Of a stretch of 64,000 bases of DNA, positions 25,946-39,951 are shown one piece after another (the first letter of the stretch is position 1; each line of letters begins with the position of its first letter). The notes below the pieces were generated by a model. That model made no database searches. It was given only the letters and a program-made list of their open reading frames with translations, and had not been told where the DNA came from. A program made the translations under genes and the position numbers. Origin of the DNA: Chiloscyllium plagiosum (Eukaryota); NCBI RefSeq assembly GCF_004010195.1, contig NC_057738.1, forward strand, positions 9,863,103 through 9,927,102, in the 5' to 3' direction.

Positions 25946-27834
25946 TGGAAGCTCATTGCCACCAGCTACCTGAAGTATTACAGCAGGACAACACAGTGAA
26001 GATCATTTAAATGGATTCACTGGTAGATGTAAGAAAGTGTAATCCTGAATGTCTCTACACCAAGGCAAAATTTCAGACTTGTATATAAATGAAACAAAGA
26101 GGTAGAACGGCAGATACAACAGCAAAACACACGCACAGATTACCACTGATGATTGAGAGATTTTCTGCTAACCATTTTAAGCAGACTATCAAATTTATGG
26201 TATAATCTGGCTAGGGACCAGTGCCGTTTAGTTTTCATGTAAACAAAACAGTGAAATCCAAAAGACTTACAACAGTGGACAAGCAACAATAAATTGATAA
26301 CACAATGTTCAAACACAACTTATTTCTAATGCTCAGAATTAATTAGTGATAAACATAGATAATATCCTACGATCAAGCTCTCTTCTTCACCACCACGCCC
26401 CCACCCCCCTCCACCCCCCACCCCCAACTTCAGTACATACAAAATAGCAAAAGTGGATTTCTCAGCAACTCCCGCCAGACATTAATAACAATCATGAAAA
26501 TTTCACAAGGATCGCACTTCTTTTTTGCCAATCTGAGTTTGAAATTCTCTCTCAAGAGTTGGTCTATCTTGGACTGTCTTAACAACCCCTCCCATTCTGG
26601 GTGATCATCGTCCTTTCCCAGGTCTACATTCTGCTGGACTCAAAATTGCACACGAGCACTTGCTTACGTGCACAACTGCAATATTTTACTGACAACTAGA
26701 TTTTCCAAGACAGTTCTTCTCCTGAATTTTTCACAGCTATAATTTGGTTCAGATTCATGAAGGAATTATGATTTGTGGATTTCCTTCAATCCTACTCAGA
26801 ATTGCACTAATTATCAATGGCACAGGGTTTTCTGAACCCCCAGAAAACATGCTTAGACCTCAAAACAGTTCTTCAATTGCCTTCAGAATTCCCCGAGTCT
26901 TCTCAACATGTGGTCCAGCTACCTCCAGCAACACAGTTAAGAACAACACTTCCTTACATGGTTCACTTTCTATTCTTATCGATCTCCATCAACTCATTGT
27001 GACCATTGAACTCCTCTGCCATGAACTCTGAACTGTCCCAAGTGATGTATGGAAAACCTCCCACCCTCTTTTACTGCTTCTCCTCCTCTTCCTCCATCCC
27101 ACACCCCTGGGCCAAACTGAATGTTGCAACCCAGCAACTCTAAAAACTATCTATTCCATAAATGTTACCAGTCATAATTGCTGGCTTGCTTGGGTCAAAA
27201 ATTGAAACACAAACACAATTTTATCATTGCATACTTAATAAAGGATATGATTTCTCAAAGTAAAAAACTTCCAGAACTATGAACTACTGACCAGTGATAC
27301 ATTTCAAAATCAGAAGGATATTTTGTTTCAAATTTTATCCCATCCTTTAAGTTTGTCTAAATCACAATGCATTGATGTATTAAACTCTATTGCTAATTTT
27401 CTCCTTGCCCTCACTCCATCCTTTCTTGCTAATTTTCCCAGCCTCACTGCTTCCAAACTCTTTGAATTTCTGTCTGATGTTCATTCACTCATTTGATATT
27501 ATTTTGCAAGAATACCAGATATAGTCCATTAATAAAGATAAAGATCACTTGTTCATGTTGATAAAAAACAAAGGCAGAAAATTCCTTACTTTGCAGCACA
27601 TTCTGCGGCATGTGTTTAATATCTCAAGTGACTTTTGTGTCAAATGCTGTTGGATAACACCATGAGTGAATTGGTGGAGATGCGACGTTCCTCCAAAGGC
27701 ATAATTCTACCCTTCTTAAATTCAGTCATCCCTCTTATCTCACTTGTCGTTTGACAGGTTTATCTCCAATGTGGCGTAAACCATGGTCTGGTTGATAGCA
27801 CTCTGGCCTCAAGAGTCAGAACACAAATCCTCGG

Positions 27835-28060
27835 TTAGAGAGTGGTACTAGAAAAGCACAGCAGGTCAGGCAGCATCTGAGGAGCGGGAAAATCGATGTT
27901 TCGGGTAAAAGCCCTTCATCAGGACTAGTTCCTGATGAAGGGCTTTTGCCTGAAACATCAATTTTCCTGCTCCTCAGATGCTGCCTGACCTGCTGTGCTT
28001 TTCTAGTACCACTCTAATCTGGACTCTGATCTCCAGAATCTGCAGTCCTCACTTCCACCC
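27835..28060. mobile_element. Palindromic Penelope-derived miniature element with two hammerhead-like motifs
   Basis: Arms 27835-27924 and 27930-28017 are reverse complements around a short ctagt centre. Each arm carries ctgatgaagggctttt.cc.gaaacatc. Inserted in an old SINE. Confidence 0.8.
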
Positions 28061-28324
28061 AATTCAAATCCTACCCGAGAGACTTCAACACAATAACTTA
28101 GGTTGAGCATCTAGAGTAATCCTTAATTGGAGTGCAAAATTAATCAGGAAACAAAAACAGTTCCATCTGTCCTCGAAGGTCAGCTTAAAAGATTCCACTT
28201 TCTCTAATGACAGTTATTGTATTTTGTTTTCATAGGCTAGAAGATTGGTGCCTCTTAATCATTCCCTGGTCTAAAACTACATTCAACCCAAACCCAGTAT
28301 GTCAGAAAAAGGTGGAATCATACC

Positions 28325-29335
28325 CGACACCTAGGAAGATGGTTGTGGTTGTTGGAGGTCAGTCATCTCAACTCCAGGACATCTCTGCAGGAGTTCCTCA
28401 GGGTAGTGTCCTCAACCTAACCATCTTCAGCTGCTTCATTAATGACCTTCCCTTCATCAGAAGGTTAGAAGTGGGCATGACTGCACAATGTTCAACACCT
28501 TTCTTGACTCCTCAGATACTGAAGCAGTCCATGTTCAAACGCAACAAGATCTGGACAATATCCAGGCTTGGGCTGGCAAGTGATATTCGCGCCACACAAA
28601 TGCCAGGCTATGACCATCATTAATAAGAGACAATTCTAACCACAGCTTCTTGGCATTCAACAGTGTTACAATCACTGAATCCCCCACTATCAACATCCTG
28701 GGGATTATCATTGACCAGAAACTCAGCTGGACTCACGACATACAACAGCTACAAGTGCAGGTCAGAAGCTAGGAATACTGTAGCAAGTAACTTACCACCT
28801 GACACCCTAAAGCCTGTCCACCATCTGCAAGGCACAAGTCAGGAGCATGATGGAATACTCCCCACTTGCCTGGATGAATGCATCCCCAACAACACTCAAG
28901 AGACTTGACACCATCCAGGACAAAGCAGCCTGCTTGATAGAGACTACGTTCCTTCCCTCCACCATAGATACTCAGTTGCAGTAGTATGTACTATCTACAA
29001 GATGTACTGCAGAAATTCACCAAAAATCCTCAAAACACCACCTTCCAAAGCCACAACCACTTACATCTGGAAGGGCAAGGACAACAAATACATGGGAACA
29101 CCATCACCTGCAAGCTCCCCTCTAAGCCACTCATCATCTTGACTTGGAAACACTGTTGCTTGGTCAAAATCCTGGAATTTCCTCCCTAATGGCATTGAGA
29201 GTCAACCCACAGCAAGTGGATTGCAACAGTTCAAGGCAGCAGCTCACCATCACCTTCTCAAGGGCAACTAAGGATGGGCTATCAATGCTGGGCAGCCAGC
29301 AACACCCACTTCCCATAAAAATGAATAAAAGTAAA
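28325..29335 (+). mobile_element. CR1-like LINE (second family), 5'-truncated 3' end
   Basis: ISAGVPQGSVLNLTIFSCFINDL and KAQVRSMMEYSPLAW; ends in aatgaataaaa. Same family as 437-3330. Confidence 0.85.
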
Positions 29336-29496
29336 CATCACAGCAACAGGTCAAGTTCCACATCTGATAGTAACTGTCACAACTTGAAGGGGTATAACTC
29401 AAACCTATGCAGCAAGAGCAGAGACAAACAAACCTAATAAAAACAAAAATTTAACTCAAATCATGATCACCCATTCAAATATGGTATAAGTTCATC

Positions 29497-29775
29497 AAAA
29501 GTGTGGAAACAAGCCATTGAATGCACACCGACCCTACAAAAAGCATCCCACCCAGATCCACCTCCCCTAACCCCGACCCAAGACTCTACATTTCCCATGG
29601 CTAATCCACTTAAGCTACACATCCCTGGACACTATAAGCAATTTAACACTGTCAACCCACCTAACCTACACATCTTTGGGCGGTGGGAGGGAACAGTTGC
29701 CTTAGAGTCTAATTGAACCCAGGTCCCTGGCACTGAGAAGCAACACTGCTAAGCATTGAGCCACTGTGCTGCCCT
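29497..29775 (-). mobile_element. HE1-type SINE, diverged
   Basis: aattgaacccaggtccctggcactg...gagccactgtgctgccc head plus tail motifs. Confidence 0.75.
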
Positions 29776-30479
29776 AGGGAAATTCATTTGAATTTCAGTA
29801 TTGTTCATTTGGCTATCAAAATTCACCTTTTCATGACCTGATGAAATTACTGCAATTAACACAAAGCTGCAGATGCATTTTGAATGGTTCTTTTATTTGT
29901 TTTCTCAACTCTTTTCCCCCAAATATAAATTTTCTGGCATCTTTGTCTTCTCTTTATGCAAAACTAGCTTGTCTCCCTTTGCTGAAATATAATCAATGGA
30001 AAGATTGCAGATGGCAATTACAAACTCTGAGAACTAATCTTTTCTCACTTATCTCACTCTCAATTGGTGCCCACTGCTTAAGCAGTTAAACCAAATCCAG
30101 CAAAACAGTTTTCAGTGGCCTGATATCTTGAATGAGAAAAACCTTCTGCAAAATGGAAATATCTTACTGATCACTGATCTTACACAATCGACATGCCACT
30201 CTGCTCAAACAGTACAGTCGTAAGAAATATAGACTCGAAATGGAAAATTGCAAAGGAATCGCAAGGTATTTGCATATGTATCCTTTCCTCAAATACTTGA
30301 TCTTTTGGCTCTGCAGATAAAATAATCCAATTCTAGTAAGAGAATTTGATTTTTAACAATGATAACCTACCAAGTAAAAGACCCAGGAGCCAAACCCAGA
30401 AGATGATAGAGGCTTTACTTCTTCCCTTTTTAGCTCTGGAGTTCCCTCAATTGATCAATGCTAGACACCCCACTACTGA

Positions 30480-30800
30480 ACATCTGCATGATGCCCCTCA
30501 ATAATATCTAAAGATGTGGTATCAGGCTCCATGTGTATAGCGATGGCCTCTAGCACAATTTCATCATGTCTTCAGCCTTGCTGTATTGTCAGTCTGCTCA
30601 TCCAGCATTCAGTTTTAGACAGGCCACATTTTCTCCAGTTAAACACTGGGAAAACCAAAGTTTCACCCACAAAACAAACTCCACTCCCTCATCATTAATA
30701 TCTTCTCCCTCCACTTTCCAAGTGAAAGCAACTAATCACAATTCTGGTGCCCTACTTGAACTATATGCTATTACAAGCACTGATTTCCACTCCATCTCAT
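30480..30800 (+). mobile_element. Old L2 fragment
   Basis: FLQLNTGKTK motif in ORF 30516..30698. Confidence 0.45.
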
Positions 30801-31149
30801 TCACTTTAAACACGATAATCACAATAGAGACACCAACACCAGATAAGGCTCCTTTGCAGACTTGTGATGGAAAGAACATTGGAATCTCTACTATCACTAT
30901 CCATATCTCCAAACTACAAAATATATTTGGAGGTTTAACAGCAACTCAGAATACAGGATAGCGTCTAGGTCAGTTGATTGTATAAGTAGTGACAATTGGT
31001 GCTAACAGCACAGGGGTTGATCGCCATTTCAGCTTGGTGGATTCAGGACCCATCTCCTTGCCCAACCTGTGATTAAGGTCATGCCACTGCGAGCTCAGCC
31101 TAACTTTAGTTAGAGGACTAGAGCAGTAGAATCCACCTCAAAGAGATAG

Positions 31150-32170
31150 TGTCTGTTTCCGTGCCAAATCTCTCTTCTGTCCAACTTGTCCATGCCGACA
31201 AGATATCCGATACAAATCTAGACCCATTTGCCAGCATTCGGCAGAGAACCTTCTAAACACTTCTTATTCATCATCCAGATATCTTTTAAATGCTGTAATC
31301 ATACCAGCCTCCACTACTTCCTCTGACAGCTCCTTTCATATGCACACCACCCTCTGCGTGGAAAATGTTGACCCTTAGTTCCATTTTATATCTTTCCCCA
31401 TCACCTGAAACCTATGCTCTCTAGTTCTGAATTCCCCCACCCTGGGGAAAAGACTTTGGCTATTCACCTATCTATGCTCATGATTTTATAAACCTCTAGA
31501 AGGTCACCCCTCAGCCTCTAATGCTCCAGGGAAAATAGCCCCAGCCTATTCAGCCTCTCCCCTTAGCTCAAACCCTCCAATCCTGGAAACATCCTTATAA
31601 AGGAGAAAATGAGGACCGCAGATGCTGGAGATCAGAGTTGAAATGTGTGGCGCTGGAAAAAAGGGCAGTAGGTCAGGAGGCGGAGGAGCAGCCGAGTCGA
31701 AGGGCATTTGTCCAAAAAGTCGACTCCCCTGCTCCTTCTATGCTGCTTGACCTGCTGTGCTTTTCCAGTGCCACACTTTTCGACTAACATCCTTATAAAT
31801 CTTTTCTGAATCCTTTCAAGTTTTACAACGTGCTTCTAATGGGAGGGAGACCAGAATTGCACACAATACTCCAAAAGTGGCCTAAAACCATTATCCTATA
31901 CAGCTGCAACATGACCTGCCAACATCTACACTCAACGCACTGACCAATAAACACAAGCATACCAAATGCCTTCTTCACTAACTTATCTACCTGTGGCTCA
32001 ATTGTCAAGGAACTGTGAACCTGCATTCCAAGGTCTTTTTGTTCAGCAACACTTCCCAGGACCTTACCATTACCTGATTTCCTTTCCAAAATGCAGCACC
32101 TCACATTTATGTTAATTAAACTCCATCTGCCATTCCTTGGCCCATTGGCCCATCTGGTCAACATCCCTGC
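31150..32170 (-). mobile_element. HER1/CR1 LINE 3' part, with Penelope-derived insert at 31602-31785
   Basis: KVLGSVAEQKDLGMQVHSSL...VKKAFGMLVFIGQ. The insert is flanked by a 14-bp direct repeat aacatccttataaa (31588-31601 and 31786-31799). Confidence 0.85.
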
Positions 32171-32493
32171 AATGATTTATCTTTCTGCACCTAAATAATG
32201 ACCTTTCAGGTCTCCACAGTTAATCAGATTACATATTATCTGAGGACATTTTGCTCTACCTCACTAACATTTCTCTTAAACTCTCTACTGTTCATGATTT
32301 ATCATGCTGCATATCCCATACTGGATGAGCATAAACTTTCTTCAACTAAATATTGGGATGACCAAGGCTATTGTCTATGGTCCTTAAATAAAGTTCATCA
32401 ATTTTTATGGTCATATTCTGGTTCCGTCTCAGGCCATTTGCAAATGTGTAATATTCATTACCACAAACGTTGTTGAGACCAAAGTGTATCTTG

Positions 32494-32812
32494 ATTAGAT
32501 TAGATTACTTACAGTGTGGAAACAGGCCCTTCGGCCCAACAAGTCCACACCGACCTGCCGAAGCGCACTCACCCAGACCCATTCCCCTACATTTACCCTT
32601 GCACCTAACACTATGGGCAATTTAGCATGGTCAATTCACCTAACTTGCACATTTTTGGACAGTGGGAGGAAACTGGAACACCCGGAAGAAACCCACGCAG
32701 ACACAGGGAGAATGTGCAAACTCCACACAGTCAGTCACCTGAGGCAGGAATTGAACCCGGGTCTCTGGCGCTGTGAGGCAGTAGTGCAAACCACTGTGCC
32801 ACCATGTCGCCC
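32494..32812 (-). mobile_element. HE1-type SINE, full length
   Basis: tRNA-like head (A/B-box like tggcacagtgg...ggttcaattcc on minus), central ctgtgtggagtttgcacattctccc domain, (aatct)n tail. Confidence 0.9.
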
Positions 32813-35800
32813 ACATTGCTTTCAAGGAGGTAGATATAGCTCATGGTTAGAGATCAAAGTATATGGGTATTGAGCTTGATCATCAGCCATGATCATATTG
32901 AATGGCAGAGCAGGCTCGACGGATCAAATGCCTACCCCTATGTTTGTATGATCAATGCTCAGACATTGACAAAAATCATCAGTGCATAAACACCAGAAAA
33001 ACCATTTTTCCTAACAGCCAGTGACCCAGAGGCACCAAGCAAAACTGCTAACATCAAAATCTGTAACAGATCAGCAATCCAAAGTGTTTTGATTCACTTG
33101 CACGACATGTAACTAAGTATGGTACTACTGGAGCCAAAAAAAGGGCACTGGTAACTGGGCTAAATCCCAAGAGCAATAAGGACAGAGCTTGTATTACTGA
33201 GCAATGTTTAAACATTGTGCTGGTTGCCAGGCTTTAGTCTGGAACATTGAGTACCAAAGGGATTAACCTGATGATTATAAGAACCTCATTCAAAAAAAAA
33301 TCAATGACTTAACAATTAAATATTTCAAATACTACTGAACTGAGGGCGACATAGTGAGCAAATAAGAATCAAGCGGAAATAGGCTGAAGAAAGAAATGAA
33401 TCAAGGTTTGTGGATGTAAGTTAGCCTGTACTTAGCAATACATGCAGCGGTAGAGAAACATTCCAAAACTCCACCAGTACAGAAATAAACCGCTAAAAAT
33501 ATACCTTGGCTCTGGCACCCATAGTTACAGGTTAATAGAAGAATACATATTTTCTTCAAAATTTGAGGTTTTAGTGAATTATTAGGTTTTTATTGTTGAC
33601 CTTATTTCATACAATGGGTTATATTGCAAGGTTATAGCGATCAAGAAGTTTTTTTTTGAAAAAACGAAATCACACTGTCTGCCCTACACATATCAATCCT
33701 GTAATAGCCTCAGCCAGTCTGATTCAGAACTGGTTCCAACCTTTCAACACCCTCCATGGAAAAACTACAAAATCTTGTTCCAAACATTATCTCAAGTCCT
33801 TGTTTTTGTCCTGTTTTCCAAGTTTATCTGGAAACATTGCTCTTGACTTCTTTCATTCTATTAGCATATTTAAGAGATGACGATGAAATTCCCTTCAAAT
33901 ATCAATAGGCTCTGCAATGTAATCCGGCACCCTATTCCACTTAGTCCACTGCCTCATCAACTGTTCCAAACATCACAACTGCGTGAATCAGCCAAGTCAC
34001 CTTCAACTTTCACCTTGTGAAGCCTATCCTTCCCATACTCAACATGTGTTTATTAGTTTCAGACAACTAATTAGAAAAAAAACTTCCGAGCTCACAAATA
34101 GTTTTGAAAGAATGGTCTATATCGAAATCGTCTGTCATGATCAGACACATCAGTATTATATTGTGGATTTCCAGGTCACTCCTGTTGTTTATGATCTCAT
34201 CAGAAAAGAATTTCCTTGAGTCAATCAATGCCTTGTTACATGCTGAGAGTTATTCACTCAAGTTCTCTTATGAACGAACTTAAGGCTCACTGCTTAGTGA
34301 AGGCCAGAGTGTATCTATATGGTACAGACCTATAAATAGCTGGCACCACTTGAATCAAGTTTCAAAATTATTCAATGAAATTTTATATCAGCCCATTAAG
34401 AGGAACATAAAACAATCCACTGGTCCACCTTGTGACAATCCCCTTTCCAGGCCTCATTCGTGACTAACTAATCAACTGAGGTATAATGCGTACATAAGTA
34501 AATAATAATTTATAATTAGATATTTTCTAATCAATCTTGTCAGAGATGTTGATACATACTCAGACCTTCTAGTTCGGATATTGGAACACTATCATTGCAC
34601 AACAAGAGCTCTTAGTCACTTTAAAAAACATGCCAGGACAAACCTGAGCAGTTAAGACAGAGTTTGAACGTACATTTTATAAGTCAGCACTATGATTCTA
34701 CACCATACACTGGGCTGCAAATGTATTTATATTTCTATTACTGTAAACTAATTTGCTTCAACAGGCAATGTAACCATAACTAATCCTCAGGACATGTTTT
34801 TATTTTACAAGCAGCACTTTGGTGATTTCAAACTTTTCTGCTAAACAATGCACTAAGTAGCCTTTCATTCAACTGTTGGAAAAGGTTTGTGGATACTAAC
34901 CTTCGCCAAAATTCTGACAACTAGAAATACACAAATGGCCATCATGCTACTCTGAAGTAGTATGTAGCTGAGGGAACTACACCATCATCAGAACATCATG
35001 GAAATGGAAATGTTGGACTTCACAAGGCAAGAATCCAATCACGGAACACAGAATTATCTATTTAAGGACAAAGTCAAAGAGGTACTTTCACCATGCAAAA
35101 AAAGATTCATTAACTTTCAATATTAAATTAAATACAAAAACGTATGCCCATAAAGTTGAACATGGAATTTCCTCCCTCACTACAGAGGCAACAAAGTTAT
35201 TCTTGAAGAAAGGAAGCACCACACAAGAAACCGAAGATTCAGAGCATCTGAAAATAATACAAATCTATTTGGATATGTTGTGAAACTTCTGGTACTAAGG
35301 TAGATCAAAAGGAATTGTTCAACTCCGTCAGTAGTAATACAAAAGGTAATACAGTTATTGTCTGCCATTAATACTTGAATTACCTTAAATTATATTGAAG
35401 TTGTACATTAACATAATTGGTGTTGTACTTACTTTCTACAAATGAATGCACGAAGTTCAAGCAGTACAAGTTCTGTATTGGATTACATTTTTTTCCCAAA
35501 AGATAATTTACAAAAAACTCCAAGTCAAACTTTACAAGCCAAAACTTTAAATGCTGTTTCACATATTTTGCACAAAATCTGCAAATTTGTAGTCACTGGT
35601 CTTGCTTAATACACAAATTAAGTCTGAGAAAACCATGGAAGTTCCAAAACAATAGGGTGGGTAGCAACCTAAAAGGGATGTTTTAACATAATTGAAGTAA
35701 AAACTTTTTTCTTCCACAGTTGGAATTTTAGGCAAGGTAAATGCATCAATTGAGCATCTGGTCAAGCAATAGATTTTAAAAAACTGTCCACGAAAACATA

Positions 35801-35889
35801 GCAAACATAGTCTCAACATCTTCAGAATGGCAGCAATGGCATTAAACCAGAGACTAGGTTGGTATTGTCCAAACATATTTTCTGGTTTT

Positions 35890-36770
35890 TGATTTGATTT
35901 AGTATTGCTATGTGTACCGAGGTACAGCGCATATTATTTTGCATACTATTAAGGTAAATCATACCTTACCTAACTACATCAAGGTAATAGAACAGAATGC
36001 AAAGTGCAGAGAAAGATCGATTTTAATGTAGAAGTCTATTCATTAGTCTGATAACAGCTGGGAAGAAGCTGTTCTTGAATCTGCTGGTACATATTTTCAA
36101 ACTTTTGAATTGTCTGCCCGACAGAAGGTGAACAAGAGAGTACAACCATTTGATTGTGTTGGTTGTTTTCCTAAGATGGCAGGAAGTATAGATGGAGTCA
36201 ATGGATGAAAGGCTGGTCTACATATTCACAACTCTAATTTCTTGTGGCTTGGACACAGCAGTTGCCATACCAAGCTGTGATGCATCCTTATAGGACGTTT
36301 CTATAGTGCATCTACTCAAATGGATCAGTGTCATTGGGACATGACAAATATCCTTAACCTTCTGAGGAAGTAGAGGCATTGGTGTGCTTTTCTGACCATA
36401 GCATCAAGTGCATGGACCAGGACAGATTGGTGATATTTACTCCTCGGAACTTGAAGCTCTCAACCATCTCCACCTCAGCACCACCAATGCAGATAGGGGC
36501 ATGTCCTCGACTTTAGCTTCCTGAAGTCAATTACCAGCTCCTTCATTTTCCTGACGTTGAGGGAGAGATTGTTGACTTACCACCATGCCTCTAAGCTCTC
36601 TCTCTCTCTCTCGTGTACTCTGTCTAATCATTATTTAAGATCTGACCCCATACGTGGTATCAAACTTGAAAATGGAGTTGGAGCAGGATTTGGCCACAAA
36701 GTCGTGCATAAGAAACATAGTAAGGGCCCGAGTACACAGCCTTATGCGTCACTGCTGTTGACAATTAGCT
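35890..36770 (-). mobile_element. Rex1/Babar-like LINE 3' part
   Basis: Minus strand LNVRKMKELVIDFRK...VEMVESFKF.GVNIT...AHQCLYFLRRLR, with an (aaatc)n-type tail. Confidence 0.8.
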
Positions 36771-36774
36771 TAGA

Positions 36775-36842
36775 CAACTCATTTTATTCCAACTCATTTT
36801 ATTCCAACTCATTTTATTCCAACTCATTTTATTCCAACTCAT
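36775..36842 (+). repeat. 15-bp tandem repeat (caactcattttattc), ~4.5 copies
   Basis: Perfect head-to-tail units with no spacers. Confidence 0.95.
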
Positions 36843-36880
36843 ACATTATAAAAACCCATTGATTACTTGTTCCATTCATA

Positions 36881-37175
36881 TGGCACGGTGGCACAGTGGT
36901 TCGCACAGCGCCAGAGACCTGGGTTCAATTCCCGCCTCAGGCGACTGACTGTGTGGAGTTTGCACATTCTCCCCGTGTCTGCGTGGGTTTCCTCCGGGTG
37001 CTCCGGTTTCCTCTCACAATCACAATGTGCAGGTCAGGTGAATTGGCCATGCTAAATTGCCCGTAGTGTTAGGTAAGGGGTAAATGTAGGGGTATGGGTG
37101 GGTTGCGCTTCGGCGGGGCGGTGTGGACTTGTTGGGCTGAAGGGCCTGTTTCCACACTGTAAGTAATCTAATCTA
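36881..37175 (+). mobile_element. HE1-type SINE, near full length
   Basis: ggcacggtggcacagtggtt...gggttcaattcccgcc...cctgtttccacactgtaagtaatctaatct. Confidence 0.9.
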
Positions 37176-39389
37176 TGCACCACACTAATTACCTTTTAGT
37201 TAACCTGTAACCATCACCTGCTCACTAGATCCAAACAGGCATTTGCTACCTGACAATAATCATGACAACAGAAGGTAATTAAACAACAAATAAAAGGTTA
37301 ACAATGTCAATTGAATAACTACTGTACTAAATCAGTAATGTTTCCAAATGATGAATATAAATAAACCATTGCTGAGAAGTGATTTCAGCTTCACAGAACC
37401 AATAAAATGAGACAAATTGGGTGGTGTGACCTAAGTTATTACATAACATCAAAATGAAAGAGTGCTGTACTGGATCCAGAATTACATTCAATTACATTGT
37501 AATTGCAATGGCTCAGCCAAATGAAACCATGTTTCACCAATGCAGTGCACATGAAGCCTAATGCAGTCACTGAAGTGCTCGATAACAATGTTTATCAATT
37601 TCTTAGCAGATGTAAAATGACTGTAGTGGCAAAAGCAACTCTTTGTTTGAAGATTTTTTTTTTCAAAAAGCAACATACTCGTCAAAACTGTTGCCAAGAA
37701 GTAAAGCTAATGGTACTTCATCAGTTGAACATAATTGCAACATGGTGGAAATCATGGTAAATTTAAATAAAAGTAGAATGTATTATAATTAATAAAGCTG
37801 CATCTCTTACATACCAGCTAGAATTCTGTGGTCACAAATATATTCCCACAACTTTCAGAAAATAAAAAAAGAAAGAGACCTTCTCACTGTGTGAACAAAG
37901 TCGACAACAGCATACAGCAAGATGGTCCTACAATCAAAAAATCTCAGGCTGGTTCACAAACTCGACTATGCTAAACATTAGAGGATAGATGAGATTGGAT
38001 CTCAGCATTATCTCAACAACAGTCACATAAATCTTTTGGTTGTTCAGTACTTGTTTTGGGTCCTTGTTTGGAAGCTTCAGTCTATAGCTTCCAAAGTAAC
38101 AAAGGAGAGACATGCATTCTCCCAGGAAGATACCAATCTCAGAAGCCAGAGGAACAGCATCAATTTTAAACCCAGGATGACAGGCAGACACACATCCAGA
38201 GAAGTTGAAGCAGATGGGCGAGGGATACAGTAGTTATTAATCATGGAGGTGGGACATCGGAGGTGGCAGGACATGGATTTGCACAAAAACCACATTTAGC
38301 ATGGGCTGGGAAAGAATAAAAGACCTGAAAGCAGCAGAACAACTAGAAAGTAATGGTGCAAAAATGAGTCTAGTACAACCAAATGACTCTGGCAACAGTC
38401 AAAGTTTAAATTAGCCAATATTTTTGCTACAGAGCAACAGAAATACATGCTCTCTTATTGGAAAGAAAGACAATTTAAAAGTAAGATTGATTTCAGAAGT
38501 GTAAATGAATAGACCTTCCACCAGTTCACATGACTAAAGAGCTGATCCAATTACACTCGAGTAACTACAAGGAAAACAGGAAATTTCATATCTGCTTTTT
38601 GAAAAGTCAAAATATTAACTCTTTTTCTTTGCCTCAGGAAATAGAAGTTACTGCCTCAAAAAAAAAAAAACCTTTGGGGTCCAGTTTTGAGTTAAGTACC
38701 ACACAGCCCCAATTTTAAAGTAAGTTTCAGGAAAAATATTTTAAGCAGAAAAATTAAATACTCTGCCTTAGTTTCAATGTTTATGAAAAGCTTTTCTTTT
38801 AACTTGAAGCATTTTTTTTGGTATTATCCCTTCAGTTCTAAAACAATGTTTTAAAAACAAAAATCGCACAACCTTTCTCTCTTTATTACTACAGAAAGAC
38901 AGTATTTTTTACTTGTTTTCAACAGAGAATACCTGGAAATAAATGAGTAAGTTTTTTCCCTATAATCTGTATTTACTGTCTTGATTGTAGACATTTGCAG
39001 TCTATAAATAAAATTCCTACCATTTTTGCCGCATAGTTTATGTGCCTTTCAAAGAAAGAAAAACAAATGCCACGTCAGTTGAGATTCTGGACTTCTCAAC
39101 TACTTTATGAAAAACAGTTACTGATAAAGAAGAGAACTTAAGAAAAATACTGCCTGCTGTGACGTGTGGTGAAGCATGTTCAATCGAACCTATCCTAGAG
39201 GACATTAAACAATTATTTGAATAAAAACAAAGTGCAAGATGACAGGGAAAAGACAGGGAGATAGAGTCAATTCTGCTATAACCCAGTAGTTCCATTCTCA
39301 TGCAATCCTGTGCTATAAGAAAATCACATAACAGCAGCACCATTTAAAATAATGAAGCCGGATCCGCGTTATAACCCATATACTCTTTA

Positions 39390-39939
39390 TGTCATCCCGT
39401 TTCCTCTTCAGTCGAAGTAAAATGCTTGGAGACACAGTATAGCTTTACCTGCTTCAACTTTATTCCAGGCCCAGAGGAGGGGGAGAGAGAGAGCGAGAGA
39501 GCGAATTGATCACCCATGTGCACAGAGACAGGAGTTCATAGTCTTCTCTCGAACATGAGTTTCTCTATGAATTATATAATTATTTTACAGAAAGGAGCAC
39601 CCAGATAAGGCAACACACATATTGACTGGGTGACCATTACAATCAGTGAGTGTCAATAGTAAAGATAAAGCTGTCTGCTGTTATACAATGAATAACTGGC
39701 TTCATATCATGAATACTTTTCACCTTGTTAAACTGACCTCACATTATGAATGCTGCCTCATCTTGTTAAATGGCTCTACATAATGACTGCTTTTCCAACT
39801 TGTTAACCCATTACCCTTGCCTCTTGCAGCCCATTGTTAAGTATTAGTTCTTATCTGATCTGAGTCATGCTCAGCTGAACCTCTTGTTTCACAAAACTCA
39901 ACTCTTTCCCTACATGCTTGTACCCTATACACATTCTCA
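39390..39939 (-). repeat. 3' LTR
   Basis: Minus strand begins TGAGAATG directly after the PPT and ends ...GATGACA; AATAAA at ~39459-39464. Confidence 0.88.
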
Positions 39940-39951
39940 TTCCCTCCTTTT
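39940..39951 (-). promoter_or_regulatory. Polypurine tract
   Basis: AAAAGGAGGGAA immediately 5' of the 3' LTR. Confidence 0.85.

Noticed and set aside
32494-32812. tRNA genes at SINE heads
   Set aside because: The A/B-box-like motifs belong to multi-copy tRNA-derived SINEs and show no full cloverleaf.
36775-36842. Possible CRISPR-like array
   Set aside because: Head-to-tail 15-mers without spacers in vertebrate DNA; a simple minisatellite.
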